Positions 11,935-27,100 of a stretch of DNA of 64,000 nucleotides are shown piece by piece. Below the pieces are notes generated by a model. It searched no databases. It saw only the letters and a list, made by a program, of their open reading frames with translations, and was not told where the DNA came from. Source of the DNA: Eledone cirrhosa (lineage: Eukaryota); assembly GCA_964016885.1 (NCBI GenBank), contig OZ024743.1:151714001-151778000 (forward strand), given 5' to 3'. Position 1 is the stretch's first letter. Each line of letters starts with the position of its first letter. Made by a program: the position numbers and the translations under genes.

Positions 11935-12750
11935 TCCAGAGTAGCCACGCAATATGGGCACTTTAAAAGGAAGATTAGAAATTGAAGAATTGCTAGAGAG
12001 GCGGCAAGTAGATGTATACTGTGTCAGTGTTGTTGGTGAAAACTGTTTTTAGATTATTCTGGTGCATAAAGCAACATTAAGGCTCAAAAGAAAGAGTCTT
12101 GGAAATGAATGTGGGGAATGAGTGGAAAGATGAGAGACTACCCAAGCCAACCCAACAGAGGGCCCATCTATTGATAACAGCAGTTATAGGGTCAAATAAG
12201 CGATCAAGGAGATGGAGAATGGTAAAACCACAGGACGATCAGAGATAGTTACTGAGAAGCAAAGAGCATCGGGAGAAGTAGAAACTGAACTAGAACCCAC
12301 ATAGTCAATTAATTAATACCGGACAGTCATATCCAAGTACTGGTACACTCATTAATTCCCACAAAGGAAAAGGTGATACTCTAGAAAGGAGCAACTACAA
12401 AGGAATAAAATGGACCATGTTTTGAAAGTGACAGAAAGAGTTCTAGCACAGCTAATTAGGGAAAGAGATACAGTTAGATGAGGTGCAGTTCAGTTTTGTG
12501 AAGTACTATAGATGCCCTCTCCCTAGTAAGACAACTACAAGACAAGTTCCTAGTCAAGAATAAGCCACTATATTTATCTTTTGTTGATCTAGAAAAGGCC
12601 TTTGACAGAGTACCTTGATCTGTCATCTAGTGGTCTCTAAGGAAACTAGGAGTAGAAGAGTGGCTTGTGAGAGCAGTGCAAATGCTGTACAGAAGAACAG
12701 TCAGTAAAGTGCAAGCATGGAAAAGCAGACATAAAAATGATGATGATGAT
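11935..12750 (+). pseudogene. Decayed, internally deleted RTE LINE (endonuclease N-terminus, part of RT and 3' tail)
   Basis: Decayed RVATxNMGTLKGR..ELLERRQVDVYCV, KGKGDTLERSNYKGIK and FVDLEKAFDRVP..LGVEEWLVRAVQ, joined directly to GCAAGCATGGAAAAGCAGACATAAAAAT(GAT)n. Confidence 0.8.
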
Positions 12751-12891
12751 GCATGTATCAATATCCTTATCCTTTTACAACAACTGCTTTTTCCTGTTGG
12801 ACAGCATTGCTTCACAGGCTTGTTTGTCCATTATGTTCAACTATTTCTCATAGTCAAAACACTGTATTGAAGCAGTCAACCTTAGGCTAAC

Positions 12892-12925
<34 letters not shown>

Positions 12926-13123
12926 GATATATAGATATTTCATAATTTTAGGTCTGTTTTCCCATGCATGCACGCATCATTTCCATCTACCAGCTTCCCT
13001 TACATGGTATGAGAGAGCCTGAAGCCATATAATAGAGGAAATTGCCCAAGGTACTACACAATGGGACTGAACATGAAACAGGCAAGTGGTTGCAAAGTAA
13101 ACCTCTTAACCACACAACCAAGC

Positions 13124-13125
<2 letters not shown>

Positions 13126-13198
<73 letters not shown>
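13126..13198. repeat. (CA)n microsatellite, one example of many (also (TC)n 1-34, (TC)n/(TA)n 8688-8773, (TA)n/(GA)n 8978-9075, (TAA)n 23108-23163, (TA)n 49540-49650)
   Basis: Directly visible simple repeats. Confidence 0.95.
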
Positions 13199-13199
<1 letters not shown>

Positions 13200-14644
13200 C
13201 ACACACACCTACAAGTCAATAACAACCACCATAATATAGTTCTCCATATATATAATACAAGAGTAAGAAATAAAGGACAATAGGAAGAAAGTCAGCTCGA
13301 GATAAGGAAACTAGAGATAGAGGTAAATAATAAGTTTGAATTCTTTTACAAAGTATTGCAATAGATACAGAAGAAAAAAATGAATCTTTGATAAATGTGT
13401 TATAGATAAAAATAGGTATTATTCAATATTGGTTGGAACAGAATTCTCTTTCTTAGATATAATGTTATCATTCTTATCTTTGTAGTTAAACAAGTAATTA
13501 GTTTTCCCAAAAAGGACAGATATAACTTTTCTTTCTCAGTATTGAATAAAACACAAGCAATATTGGCAAAAATAGCCTTCTTTGACTTAAGATAATATAG
13601 TTTATATGGTATGGCTAAAATAGTCAATCTAGTGAAGTAGTGCTCAGTTACATGCTTGCTGACCTAAAAAAATAATATGCTTCAATAGCACCCACATGGA
13701 ATACTTTCTCTGAATATCTGTGTAAAAGGTAAGTTTTCAAAATGTACAATAATAGCTTATCTGTTTTGCATAATTTATTTGTGAGATAAGTAAATATTAA
13801 TTTTCAGCAGCTAAAAACCCATACCTTTATCAAATGGACATCTACATTCAATAAACCTTTTAAAGCTTTCATGTACAGAACCACATAGAGAAAAAAACAT
13901 GAATAATTAGTTTGAATATACTTTGAAACTATTGTCATTATCAAATATGTCCTCACTATATGACAGTAGGCGATGATCTGAGAAGTATTTGGCTACTATT
14001 ATTTGCAAATCAATCCGATATATTTTTAAAGCATACATTTTATCTTGTTATGGCAGGATACATTACACCTTCTGAAATGTTATAATGTATATGTCTCTCA
14101 TCAATCTAATTACAGCTGATTGCTCTATATATTTCTCTGTATGTTACATGCAAAATTACAATTCACATATTCAACTCTCCCCAGATGTCAGTTACATTCA
14201 CATTAACTTTTGATCCTTTTCCAACCTTTACCATTATTACTCCTGTTTAATCATTATCATATCAATTCACAATTAACCCTATTAAAGAAAAATACATAAC
14301 AAAAACCCATAAGTCTATTTCTAGTCATAAACTAAATAATTGTAGTAATTCATTGAAGTTGATGGAGATAGATGCATAGATTTATAGAGTAAATTAAGTT
14401 TATTACTGGAAGAAATACATTGTAAGCCACACAATACATTAACAGATGTCACATTCTGTATGTATTTGATCTATTTTATAGTAGTGACTAACAGCTTTGT
14501 ATATGAAGACACCAATCTTAGAGAATACTTATTCCAAAATTAAATCCTTTTGATTGTTTTAAAAGATTGTGAAAATGAACCATTTAAGAATTGGCTTTAT
14601 AATAAATATAATCAATCCTATTGGGAATAGATAGCATTGTAGCT

Positions 14645-14844
14645 CAGGCATGTCAAACTGAGGGTTCCCTTAGGGCCACATGGGTCACATATGTGTTGTC
14701 ACAGGGCCACACCCGACAATTAATTGCGCATATTACAACTAATTTTTTTATTTTATATCACGAAGATAAACGATGCTCGCACTGTAAAAACCTTTGTGCA
14801 GGCTGCAGGTGTGCTTGTAAAGGGCCGCATGTTTGACATGCCTG
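14645..14844. mobile_element. hAT (Charlie-like) MITE
   Basis: 14-bp TIR CAGGCATGTCAAAC / GTTTGACATGCCTG and an imperfect 8-bp TSD, TTGTAGCT / CTGTAGAT. Confidence 0.75.
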
Positions 14845-14976
14845 CTGTAGATAATAGAATTAGTAAGAACACTGGAAAAAATACCATGTAATATCTAGTC
14901 ACATCCTTCATATCATGAGATCAAATCTCTCTTGTGTAAACTTGTCCTTTCACCCTTGTAGGGTCAATAAAATATG

Positions 14977-15511
14977 TACTCTAAAGTCCCAAATAATAGG
15001 GGTGGGATTAGAATAAGAGTAGGTGTGTGGGTAGAAAAGCGGTAATTTTTCTAGATTGTCTCCTTTGATTTTTTTTAAAAACCAAAATTAGTCATTTAGG
15101 ATGGGTTTCAATAAACCCAACCCATCCTATTTCTTTAATAATTGTTTCTACTTTTGGCACAAGGCCAGCAATTACCCAGTACATTACTGGTACTTTATTT
15201 TATCGACCCCGTAAGGATGAAAGGCAAAGTTAACCTTGACGGGATTTGAACTCAGACCATAAAGGGACGTAACTATGCTGGAAAGTATGGCGGCCAACCC
15301 TCTACCAATACTGCCAATTCATGCCCTATTTATTTAATAATGTTGGGGTTTTTTGAAATGTTCTCTTTTTGTCATGTATAATGTTTTTAATGTCTAAAGA
15401 AAATTGTCAGAAAAATGCTGCTACCACTTAAAATAAAATGTTGCCAGTGATAGATTAGCAAAATTTAATAAGTGTGTGTGTGTTAAGACGATTCGTTGAG
15501 ACCCAAGAGTA
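14977..15511. mobile_element. TA-flanked MITE (TIR approximately TACTCTCGGGTCCCAAATAA) with a nested SINE
   Basis: Ends TACTCTAAAGTCCCAAATAA and TTGAGACCCAAGAGTA. Same family as 18746-19132, in the opposite orientation. Confidence 0.6.
15137..15326 (-). mobile_element. Deu/Nin-like tRNA SINE
   Basis: Reverse complement of the 4318-4511 unit, flanked by CCTATTT(C/A)TTTAATAAT repeats that look like a TSD. Confidence 0.8.
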
Positions 15512-15803
15512 CTAGTTTTTACAGTCGTTTATCCAAATATCAGCCATATTGAACAAGGCATAAGATGAAAAACATTCCTGCTGTCATCACCCCATCTTTC
15601 ACCCAGAGACAATGTATAAACAATTACATTATTAAATTTGTCAATTTCTTTTAAAGATGGTAAGGTGTTTTGAGAAAGATTTGGCTGCTATTTCTCTAAG
15701 TCTGAGTAACCACATTCACAGCCACCTATTGATTAGATAAATAACAACCAACTACTGGGGATGATATAATTGATTATTCCCCTTCATTTTAAAATGTGTA
15801 GAC

Positions 15804-16022
15804 TTAACCCTTTTGCATTTAAACTGGCCATATTCAGCCAGAATTCTTACCTCTTTCTGTTCAAACCGGCTGTAACCGGCCACTCATACTGATGTTAAGG
15901 TATTTATTGTTCTCAAAATAAATAATATTAAAATCTCATAGATTCGATAATTATGTAAGATAAAGCCTTTACTGTGAAAATTGAATACTGTATATAGAGT
16001 AATGTAAATGCTAAAGGGTTAA
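15804..16022 (+). mobile_element. TTAA-type (piggyBac-like) MITE, family 1, copy 2
   Basis: TTAA|CCCTTTTGCATTTA ... TAAATGCTAAAGGG|TTAA. Confidence 0.8.
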
Positions 16023-17044
16023 GTTAATGTTAGAAACCATTATATATGAGGGAAGGCATTTCAATGTAAACTGCTGTTGAATAATGTACATATTGAAATT
16101 TGATTTGCAAGTCAATATAATGGAACATAAACTACTATTATGAAGCAGTTTAAAGAAAGATTGTAACTTTCTATGGCAATGTTTTGTAAATTGTGTTCTA
16201 CAAGAAAATTTTAGGGTCCCTCAAGTTAGGTGTATTTTAATAAAATTTAATAAAAATGTATTGTTCTTTTTCTTCCTTTTATAGGCATAAATTATCCCTC
16301 TAAAATAATTTTTGGTTTATTTCATGCCTTATTAAAACTACACTGGTGGGAGTTTTAATAAAATATCATCATTTTAGATATTTTTATAAGGGTCCCATAA
16401 CAAAAGATGCTAGAAATCACTGTTCTGTGTTAATTAAGTAGTTATCGTTATTATTCAGCACATGGCGAGCTCTGCTGAAACACCCTATCAAAATATAATT
16501 CTTGTTAAAATTTATCCTTAGGTTAGTCTTGATCAAGCAGACATATGGCCAAAAGTATCCAAGCTATTATCACCCATCTTTTCTTTGTTCAAGCATATTG
16601 TATCTAGGACTAAATTAGCGGATGTCTCTTTGTCTTAATCAAGATGCCAGGATGTGAATTGAGTAAGATTTTTCTGCTAGTTCTCACAGTTTGAACAACC
16701 ATATAAAAACTACCTTGTTGATTTATGAGCAGTTTTTGAATTCAGATTAGTGAGAGTAAATATATAGAACATGAAAGATATATTGTTATAGACAGAGTAT
16801 AGAGGATGACGGCATATGAATCTTTAAAAAATAATTTTGAAGCAAGTTATGAAACAAAATAAATTAAAGGCTATCATGGGAGTACATTTGTGTAAATAAC
16901 ATAAATGGTTTGAAAACTGCTGGTCATTTTTAGATTCAGAATAGAACATAAATTTATAAAAACATAAAACTTTTAGGTATCATTCATCAATGAATATTGT
17001 TTATATGTTTCTAACACGAGAAAACAACAAAAGTAATAATAGAG

Positions 17045-17269
17045 TTAACCCTTTCATAACCATATTTCTAATAAAATACTCTGCTTATGATTTTCACATT
17101 ATCTTGAAAATAATCAAGAATTAGAATTTTTTTCATAATATAATTAACTTTCTCATTAAGTTGGTGCTTGGAACATAACTTACATAAAATCCCAATGGAA
17201 AAACTTTAGGTCAATATAAACACTATAATGCAAGAGCAATTTTAGACAGTTTAGTATCAAAAGGGTTAA
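17045..17269 (+). mobile_element. TTAA-type (piggyBac-like) MITE, family 2
   Basis: TTAA|CCCTTT ... AAAGGG|TTAA. The interior is homologous, in inverted orientation, to 40605-40864. Confidence 0.65.
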
Positions 17270-17791
17270 AATAATGATTTTGTACATTGGCACAATATCA
17301 AATTAAGAAACGATGATGTTAATGATGAAATGTTTTTGAATTCACATAAGAGTATGAAAAGATATTATAAGGCATTATGATACATTGCAAAATAATATAG
17401 AATAACACTAAATGTTAAAAGGAATTTAATCCCACAATCACTTCAATAATGACAACATCCTTCCATATGTTCAGCACAATACAAAGTAACCCAACATCAT
17501 ATTCGTTTTAAGAATTATAATATCTGGCTAATTTTTTTTACAGCTCTATGGTTAATATTTTTTGTGTCTGGTAAACTATGTATCAAGTTAAGTCAATCTC
17601 ACCTAGTGCGTTCCTCATTTATTTATATTTCTTATCAAGTAAGCACTGTAACATGTTCACTTGTCCAAAAGGTATGAATCAACAACTTAGCTGACTGAAA
17701 CTAGACATTTTACCCAATGAACTGTAAATATATATACATATATATATACACACACACATATATATGTATGCATATATAATGTATATATATA

Positions 17792-17904
<113 letters not shown>

Positions 17905-18216
17905 TCATATCATCATTGTCATCATATATATCATTCACTATAGAAATATATTGAAAGACACTTTAATAACACATTGTGATCTGACAAAATAACAATATGA
18001 TAATAATAATAATAGTGACAGATATTTCTAAGTGGCAAAGTTATAATAACAACAGGAAGTCATGATCAGAATAATGGTTGACACAAAAACTGAAAATGAT
18101 ATTAACTAAAAGAAGATCAAGAAAAGCAGAGGAGAGAAATTAATGTCGAAACTTTAAGCAAAGTCAGAAATACTTCACTGACGCAAGAAATTAATATGAG
18201 CACAAAGACACATTAC

Positions 18217-18255
<39 letters not shown>

Positions 18256-18745
18256 TAATAGTAATAATAATAACAACAACAACAACAGTTGTGATAATGA
18301 TGATAATAATTATTTCTTGCCTTATATTAATAATAATAAAAAAAAAAATTAAAAAAATTAAAATAATAATAATAATAATAATAATGATAGCAGTTTCCTA
18401 TGTTACTATAGATCTTGTTTTGTTTCTCTTTTTGTACTTGCTGTTTTTCAATATCTTTATAAAGTTATTCAATATGCTGGAAGATTCTCAGAATATATAT
18501 TGATTACTATGTCTGAGAGGTAAGAATATAAGATTAATTTGCATCATTAAAATAGACATTTGTGGAGCAACACAATAAGCAGACCAACTTTGTCATGATA
18601 CTAATAAGATTTATGCAAACAGGAAGCAAAATTTTATTACCTTAAAAAAGGAAAACTTTTGTCTATTCGTAAAAAAATAAGAAAAAAAATGTCTAACATA
18701 GGCACAAGGCCAAGCCATCAGAATGTCAAAGATGAATTCAGCATA

Positions 18746-19132
18746 TACTCTTGGGTATTGAATAATGCACCACCACCCCTATTAATTTTCCAGATTTTTC
18801 CAACCCCTCCACTCTTATTCCAACCCACCCCACTTATGAAATTTTGCTAATCTATCTCCAGCAAATTTTATTTTAAGTGGTAGCATTACTGTAACAATTA
18901 ATTTTCTTTAGACATCAAAAAACATTATACATGATAAAAAAAAGAACATTGCAAGAAATCCCATACCTTATAAAATATATAGGATGGTTTCGGGTCTCAA
19001 TATGTAAATTAAATGAATAATTCTGTTTTTTTTTTAAAAAAGAATGAAGGGAAACAACGTAGAAAAAATTATCAATCTTCCAACCTCCCTGCTTATTCCA
19101 CCTCACCCCTCATTATTTGGGACCCGAGAGTA
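18746..19132. mobile_element. TA-flanked MITE, same family as 14977-15511
   Basis: TACTCTTGGGTATTGAATAATG ... CATTATTTGGGACCCGAGAGTA. Confidence 0.65.
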
Positions 19133-20094
19133 AAGGGACATAACTAAATACTGTATTGGACTTTATCAGATACTCTACCAATTTTGCCAATTCACTGTCC
19201 AAAATATTGAATGACTAAAAGAGTTTTGGAAAGAACAAAGGAAACAGAATACTCTGTAAGAAAACATGTAAAAAAATCTTGTTATTGAATCCAAGAGCAG
19301 AATGAAGAATCCAAGTGGAAAGAGCGGTTATTGTATTTCCTGTTATGTACAACTTATACTTATTTTATGTCATCATGTGTTGATTATGCACAAAATAATC
19401 TGCTTACAATAATATCAGACTGTGGTTAATCACAAACAATAAACAAAACATAGTAGATCAGGAATACATAAACAAAATGAACTAATTTAAAACGAACTGA
19501 ACATGTCACAACATATGAACAGCAATAAAAACCAATACCCAGGGACCCATGATTTATGAGGAATGTTGTTATGTACGTTTAATGCAATTATACTGCAATG
19601 CACATGTAATATGAATATCAGAAGTGGTGCCCACTCAAAGGGTTAATCTCTAACAGAAAAAACGAAAAAATAGCAAATAAATAAAAATAATTCTTACCAA
19701 AATGAAATCAAAATCAATGAAAACCACAAGACTAAATAATAATATATACATGACTATGCTATACATAACATATACTAGCAACATAAAAACAATGTACAAG
19801 ATTTGTGGAAGGAAATTAACTGAAATATATCAGCAAATGCATGGAGATTTATAATTAAGAATGTGAGTCACATTACAAACATTCTGATTGTCACCCCTTG
19901 TTAGATATTATCTGAAAATTGTGCTAACGCTATTTTCAATCTTTTGAAATCTAATCTAATCTCACAAATAATAGTCTCAAATTCCCAAAGCTATTGTTTT
20001 GAGGATTATTTGAGAAATAATAATTGCTTACATTGGCACAAGGCAAGAGATTGTGTAGTGAGTGAGCTGATTAAAGTCACCTCTATATGTCAAG

Positions 20095-20345
20095 TCACAT
20101 AGCGTAGTTGTTAACGTGTTAGACTTACAGTTATAATGTCGTCAGTTCAATTCCTGGATCAGATTGTGTTTTGTGTTCTTGAGCAAAACACTTTATATCA
20201 CATTGCTCCAATATACTCAGCTGAAAATGAGTACCAGCAGTGGTCTAGCATCCTTTCCAGGGTAGAGTCTTTAACTCTCAGTTGTTTAATGGCAAGGAAA
20301 CTAGGATAAGTACCATTGTAATGAGCCACTGGGCTTTAGACAGAC
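20095..20345 (+). mobile_element. Diverged tRNA SINE (CTTGAGCAA(G)ACACTT-core family) with an alternative tail
   Basis: B-box CAGTTCAATTCCT, core TTCTTGAGCAAAACACTTTATATCACATTGCTCCA, and tail CTAGCATCC...CCAGGG...GAAACTAGGATAAG...ATGAGCCACTGGGCT. Confidence 0.55.
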
Positions 20346-23106
20346 TTTAGAATATTTAACAGGTAATTTATTGTAAGGAGCCTAGAAGGATGAAAGGCAA
20401 AGTTTACTTCAGAACATAAGTTGCAACAAATTCTGTAAGGTATTTTATCAGGCTTTCTAACAATTCTACAAATCCACTATGAACAATAAAAAGTATCTTA
20501 GGAACAGAAATAGAATAACTTTTACAAAGAACATACACTGAAAATAAAACAAAAGAACTGATCACACAAAGAAGACAATGCTCTATGAACAAATAAAAGC
20601 AACAGAATCCAATACACACAAAATACATGAACCTCTTGTGTGTATTGTGTGAGCTGGGTTCTGAAAATATATAACAAAGCAGAAACAACAACAAAGAATA
20701 AGTCAGCAGAGCAACACAAAAAACAGACACCAAAGGAGAAAAACCAAAGATTCATAGAAATCAATTGTTGAAATCCCCAGATACTACAAATATATATTCT
20801 TGACTCCATAGATAATAACAAACAGAAGAAGGAGCCTCTACTTGATCACCAATCTGCAAGAAATAACAGCCATAATCTACCTCAAATCTCACCCTACCAT
20901 CTTATATATACATGGGATACATTAATATAGTACTACATACTTCTAAAATGATGGGATAGTCATAGCTAGAATTCCCTTGATCATAGGTCTGCTTCATCAG
21001 GATCAGCCTCGGGCTAAACAACAATAGCAATAACAAAAATAGAATAATAATAATATACATCACATCAGAATCATCAGTCAACAAGAGGAGGATCTAAGAG
21101 AAACAATGAAGAAAATAGAAGGAACTGACCACAAGAAAATTAATCAACATAGATCAACATGCAAAGATCTGTATCATACTTAAAAACAAGTTACAGTAGA
21201 TGTCAAGAAGAGCATCCAGGCATAGAATACGGCCGCAAAAAATTTCATTTAACCCATACTAGCATGAAAAATAGGATGTAAAACATTGATGATGACGATG
21301 ATCTGTGGAAAGAAACTACTTCCCAAACTATGAATATACAAACTATGAGAAATATATGCAACAAAACATTTCAAAAACAGGTTTCTCACTGATGTAAACT
21401 AAAACATCTCTATGATTTCTAACTTAATTTACTCAGTAAATGGCTATATCGAGGGAAACCAAACTTTATGCATGATAAAGTAAGTCAACCACACACCTAA
21501 GCTCACCAATAAACAAGTGGAAATAGAATATAGAATACAAAAGAAATAAAATGAGAAAGAAAGGTGTCTAATAGAGAAAAAAACTAAGAAAGTAAAACAA
21601 ATTGAATACTAATAAAAGGGAAAAAATCCTGGAAGTGAAAAAAATGATCCTGGTAATGAAATCCAGATATGTTATCTAGAATTCTTTGAAACAGATGAGC
21701 ACTCCTTTATCAGGTTCATGTATATGAATCAATTTCTGTAATAATTCTAGCAAAACATTATAGTGTATGATACATTAGCTCTTAACATGCAATGATTTAG
21801 CAGAAAATATTTTAAAATAGAATTGTTAATTCGAATGTTTATAGTATCTTTACCAATGGATAGATCATTGTGAAAATTTTCAGTGGCAGAGTAAAGATTT
21901 TTCATTTTAATGTGATGAATTCATAATGCTTACTGTCTTTTAATTTTCAAGAATGTCTCGTTGTTTCATGCAGTACAGGATTTTAGTAATGGAAATGCAG
22001 CATATCATGAGAAATTCTAGAACTAAAATATACAACACTCTAAACATGGATAAACATTCACAGAGAAAAGAAAAACACAATATTGCAAGTATGACCCAGA
22101 ATAATTAGTGGATACTTTAGTAACAACTAGCACATAGTAGGTTTCTAGACTTGATAAAGTTCTATAACAGCATTCAATAGATTCCAGTGTTGTTTATACT
22201 GGGAGGATGGGATTCAACTTTGATGGGTTTCTATCATGTTCTGCTCCTGGTTATCTATATGTAAAGTTAAACTAACCTTTTGAAATCATAACACACACAC
22301 TTCCTTAGAGTCACAAAAAAGACAGTTGATGAATGATAAAATGCCACAATCTCAACATTACATTTAGCCTCTATGCAATCACTCAACCTCTTGGAAATAA
22401 TAGTTAAATTTCACTCAAACCATACCCCACCCTCTTAAAAGAAGGAAAAAAATTGAACAATGTGGTTCTGTAAAGAAAAAAAAGATGATCATGACTGAAG
22501 CATTTTTGATCATATGACTGTTGAATCAAGGTTGACCTGAGGTTAATGTCAATAACATCAACATTACTAATTTCTGTCATTAGTCTGTATTGGAAGGTCT
22601 TCAGTAGTAGTAATCACCCAGTGGTCCAGCAAGCAATAACATTCTGGAATATTTGTCATTTTGACTCATCTACGAAGGTCAATGGATCATCAAACTCCAC
22701 AGCTTTGGTCTCATCTAAATTTGTTATCAACTCTTAGTGAAATAATTCCTCAGTTGAAATTAACACCATCATTATCATAACAACCACAGCTAAAACATCC
22801 ATGAGATCTTAAAACACACACCAGTTATATAATGCTTCTTTGATTTGATTTCAAAGCTCGCTTCAGTTCTACAAGAAGCAAAACTTCATTTCTACAAGAC
22901 TCAAATAGCATATGAATTTCTTTAGCATCACATATTCAGTTTTTGTTTTAGAGATAAATCACTTGATGCATGGGATTCATCAACAACAGTTTAACATACT
23001 GCAATAACTGAATTTGAAAATTCCAGCTACTATTTCATTAGTTTTCTAAGACATTATTTTAATACTTTTTTATTAATATTTTGATGTCATTCTAAGTGAG
23101 TGGCTC

Positions 23107-23163
<57 letters not shown>

Positions 23164-23879
23164 TTATATTTGCAATCAGGCTTAACAAAGTAGTTAAATC
23201 CAAACATATTTTAGCTTAAATATTAGTCAAAGTTCGATAAATTTTCAGACTGTTGTCATAACTGTTCCACTGCATGCATGCACATATGCACACACATGCA
23301 CACGCACACACACATATTAGAATAACTAGAGATGCACACACACACACACACACACAAACAACCCATACATTTCTACAGATGTTTATGAGAATTCAACTAA
23401 TCTGAATTGTATGCTTCTTTTAGTATTGAAATCTCTGGAAAGAATCCTGATGTAATTCAGGATAACATCCTACTGCATAATAGAAGATTATTAAACAAGG
23501 TATTATATTAGTTAATGTTTTTATCTCTGTTTTCACACTGTAATGTCAAGGTGAGGCCTGGTAGCTAGAAAGAAGCTTTTATACACACAAACAAAATATT
23601 ATTTATTTTACTCTTTCATTTTATTTTACATTATATTACTGTATAAAAGAAATGCCATTCCTTAAAAATTATAACTAAAATCATCATTCAATAACCAATC
23701 ACATTAATGTTTTCCATTTCTTCCTATCCAACTTACTTTTGTACTTAATTTCTAATAAAGGATGTTATATGTTGTTGCAGTCAGTAAAGAATATCATTTC
23801 ATTTAAAGCCTGCAGGATTATATAGTAAATACACATCATGTGTATGGGCGATTGCAGAGTATTAGGCAACAATATTGAG

Positions 23880-24110
23880 GTTACTCCAGCATGCATGGAG
23901 GCTATAGATATGATACAGGGAATGAGGAGAGATCAATGCTCCCAATGTTCTGTGACACAAATTATTTAACCATCTACTCCTCTAACTTCAGGAAACTAAT
24001 CTGTGGTCTAACCACTGATCAAGCAGATGAACACACAAGCCAGCTAGACTTCATGTTCACCAGGAAACAGAACACACAAGCCAGCTAGACTCCATGTTCA
24101 CCAGGAAACA
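23880..24110 (+). pseudogene. RTE apurinic-like endonuclease fragment
   Basis: HGGYRYDTGNEERSMLPMFCDTNYLTIYSSNFRK...HTSQLDFMFTRK resembles the RTE APE segment HGGYGYG.RN.EG..LLEFC....L...NT.FRK...SQIDY.L.RK. It includes a local ~41-bp tandem duplication. Confidence 0.65.
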
Positions 24111-27100
24111 AAATAGCCTACCGGTTGTCGAAAAGTAAATGTAAAACCCAATCATATTAGCAATAAAGATCCAAATGAGCTGTTAGAATGATGGATAAAA
24201 GCTACTTCTTACTGAGAAAATCAGACAGATGGAAATAGTCAATTGTTTTACAATTATCCAGATTTCTATAACTTTCATGTCGTATGCAGTTTTGCAAATG
24301 TAGGTGAAACCAATACAGTTGATGTTCAGATACTCAGTTTCAGCATCAACAGCAGCTATGGGCAAACTGGAGTCCATAGACCACATGGAGCTCATTTAGA
24401 TTTCTGAATGGAATGCCTAATTATAAAATTGCCTTTAATTTTTTAGTAGTGTGGCCTATCTTATGATGAGCCATATCATATGCAGCTCACTGCCTGAAAA
24501 ATGTTACCCATGTATGTTCTATAGATTGAAGGCAAGATAAAGTATGTAGGCAGGTAGGGAATTTCAGAGGGTTGCACCTCTGGAAAGGAATGATTTTGTA
24601 AAAATATTTAGTGACAGGGTGATGAGAGGACCAAGAGTTAGATGGGGAGAGAAGCAGGTAAACAATGGTAGGTGGTAGTATACAGCATGCTATTTTGATG
24701 TATCTTTTTATTGTTGGCTGTTTGGTTTGAAGGCAAGAGCAGTGCCTATCACTACTCTGACTTTCTTAATTGTTTTTCATAGTTTCTGTGAAAAATGGAT
24801 AAGTAAAAGCTCCAATGTCAAGTATGTATGTATGTTCATTTGGTTTTACTTTTTAATTTCTCACCAATAGAGAGAAAGAGAGCCAGTTTCTAATACAGAA
24901 ACAAAACTCTTTCCTTGGAATTCGGGCAACATCAATTAGGTAATTGTGTGAGTGTTTATCTGTATGTTTTGAGTTATATGTGCACATGTACATATGATTC
25001 TATATTTATATGTATGTATATGCAATTATTAAATGGAAAAATTCTGGGATGTTCTACATATTTTTAGAGTTTCGTAAATGGACTTTGCTTGTAATTTCCT
25101 AATTAGCCATGCTCTTTCTGGTTTTGAGAACCCAACTTCTCAAGATTTCTGCTGATACTGTTAATATCATATGCAAGTGCTCCAATGATCACAGCCATAA
25201 ATCTAAAGGTACAATCAGGGTGGAGTATCTGCAGGTCATTCATCAGTTTAGCATGTATACATGTATGCATGTATGCACATGTGCTGGCATGTATTATGTA
25301 TGCATACAAGCATTTATGTTTGTATGTATGCATGTATTTATGCATGTATATATATGCCTGCATACATTTATGCATGTATATATGCCTGCATACATTTATG
25401 CATGTATATATGCCTGCATGCATTTATGTATGTATGAACATAATAAATAGTAAATGCAATAAAATTATGAGATATGCAAAGAACTATAGTACTTGTTATA
25501 ACAAGTGAAATAGTAATTTCCTCAAAATAAACAACTATTATCCTCTCATGTAGGGGGGAAATTATAATACTCTGAATTGTAATCTGCATTCACTCTTTAA
25601 CTTATATGTTCTTTCTCTAGATTGATATAATCATCTATCCCCACTATACACACACACAGGATTGGTGCCTCAGCAATAAATCAATATTTACATTATTTGA
25701 TCACTTTGATTTTTGATTGTCATCATGTCTTATTGCTATATGAGTACATATTATCAAACTGGATTCAAGCTAGAAACATTTATTTCTAAACTAAAATAGT
25801 GTTTGTATCTACTGCTAGGTTACTGATGCAATAAAATAAATATCTGGTGATGGTCAGATATCAAATATATTGAATGGTAGTATAGATGTAAATAGTCACA
25901 AATTTTTATTCCAATACATGAGGTTTATAGCCCAAAGAATCTTAGAAACCTTTTAAATATGGAGAATGAACCATAAGCTATTTAAATTAATAACAACGCT
26001 CCTATATTGTTGATCTGTTCTTTAAATACTTTGCTTAAAATATATTAAACTTGCATTTACATCATGATAGTTATTTTAGCCATTTACACACACACTTTTA
26101 TTTTTAATTTTCATTTACTTCATAGTATCAAAATTTTTGTTGTATTATTTGCAACCTATTGCTGACAATTCCACTAAAACTTGTATAAAATTTAACAAAC
26201 TCACTTATTCAAGCATTCAAACTGGGCATCAAGGTTGGAAAAACATTGATTTGCTACACTTATACAATATATGTAGGGTAGTGTCTTATTCATAGTAGCA
26301 CACATATGTAAACATGGAAACAAGGTGAATAAGTAGATATATTACAACATAAGGTACTAAAACCTTTGCAGTATTCACTCGGGGTCTCTACACTTAAAAG
26401 TTTGAGTCCATGACTGGTAGTTTATTCTTTTCTCTCTGTTTTCTTCTTTCTGGATTTTATTTGTATTTCAAGGGCCCAGTCATATCACAATGTGTCATGC
26501 AGATTTGACTTAAGAATTGTATAAAGAACTATACAAGTCCCTGGAATATTTAGCCATGTTAATCTTTCAAGTAGGAAATAATTTTGTTGAACTACTGAAT
26601 GCTTATCATCAAGAGTGATGGAGAATTCACCTTAAACACACGTAGAGAATAGCTTTAGCTATCTTTCTCAATTCAAATATTGTAAAGAAAAGTTTATTGG
26701 TAAACTCATTTGGGTAGAAAGACTAGATTAATTTTCAAATTGGCTTAGACAGTAAATTTAAAGAGATAGTGTCTTGGCATAGTTATAAATAGTTTATTAA
26801 AACTAAGAGCAGTAAAAGCATATGTAAAGATTGCCAAGTAGACATATAGACGACTAGGTAGACAGAGATAGATCAAATGTTTAATTTTTGACATCCTAAA
26901 ATATTTCGAAGGAATACAAACTATAAGAACGCTTCCAGGAACACATTTTCTCTATATGAAACGAATCTTGCTCAATGACACCAAGCTGAATATAATCTTC
27001 CCCAACTAACAGTGTCTGAACATTGCTTTACACATAAATCATTATTCATCTTATGCATCGCTTTATGTTGGTCAAAATATTGCTGGCAGCGATCCAAGAT

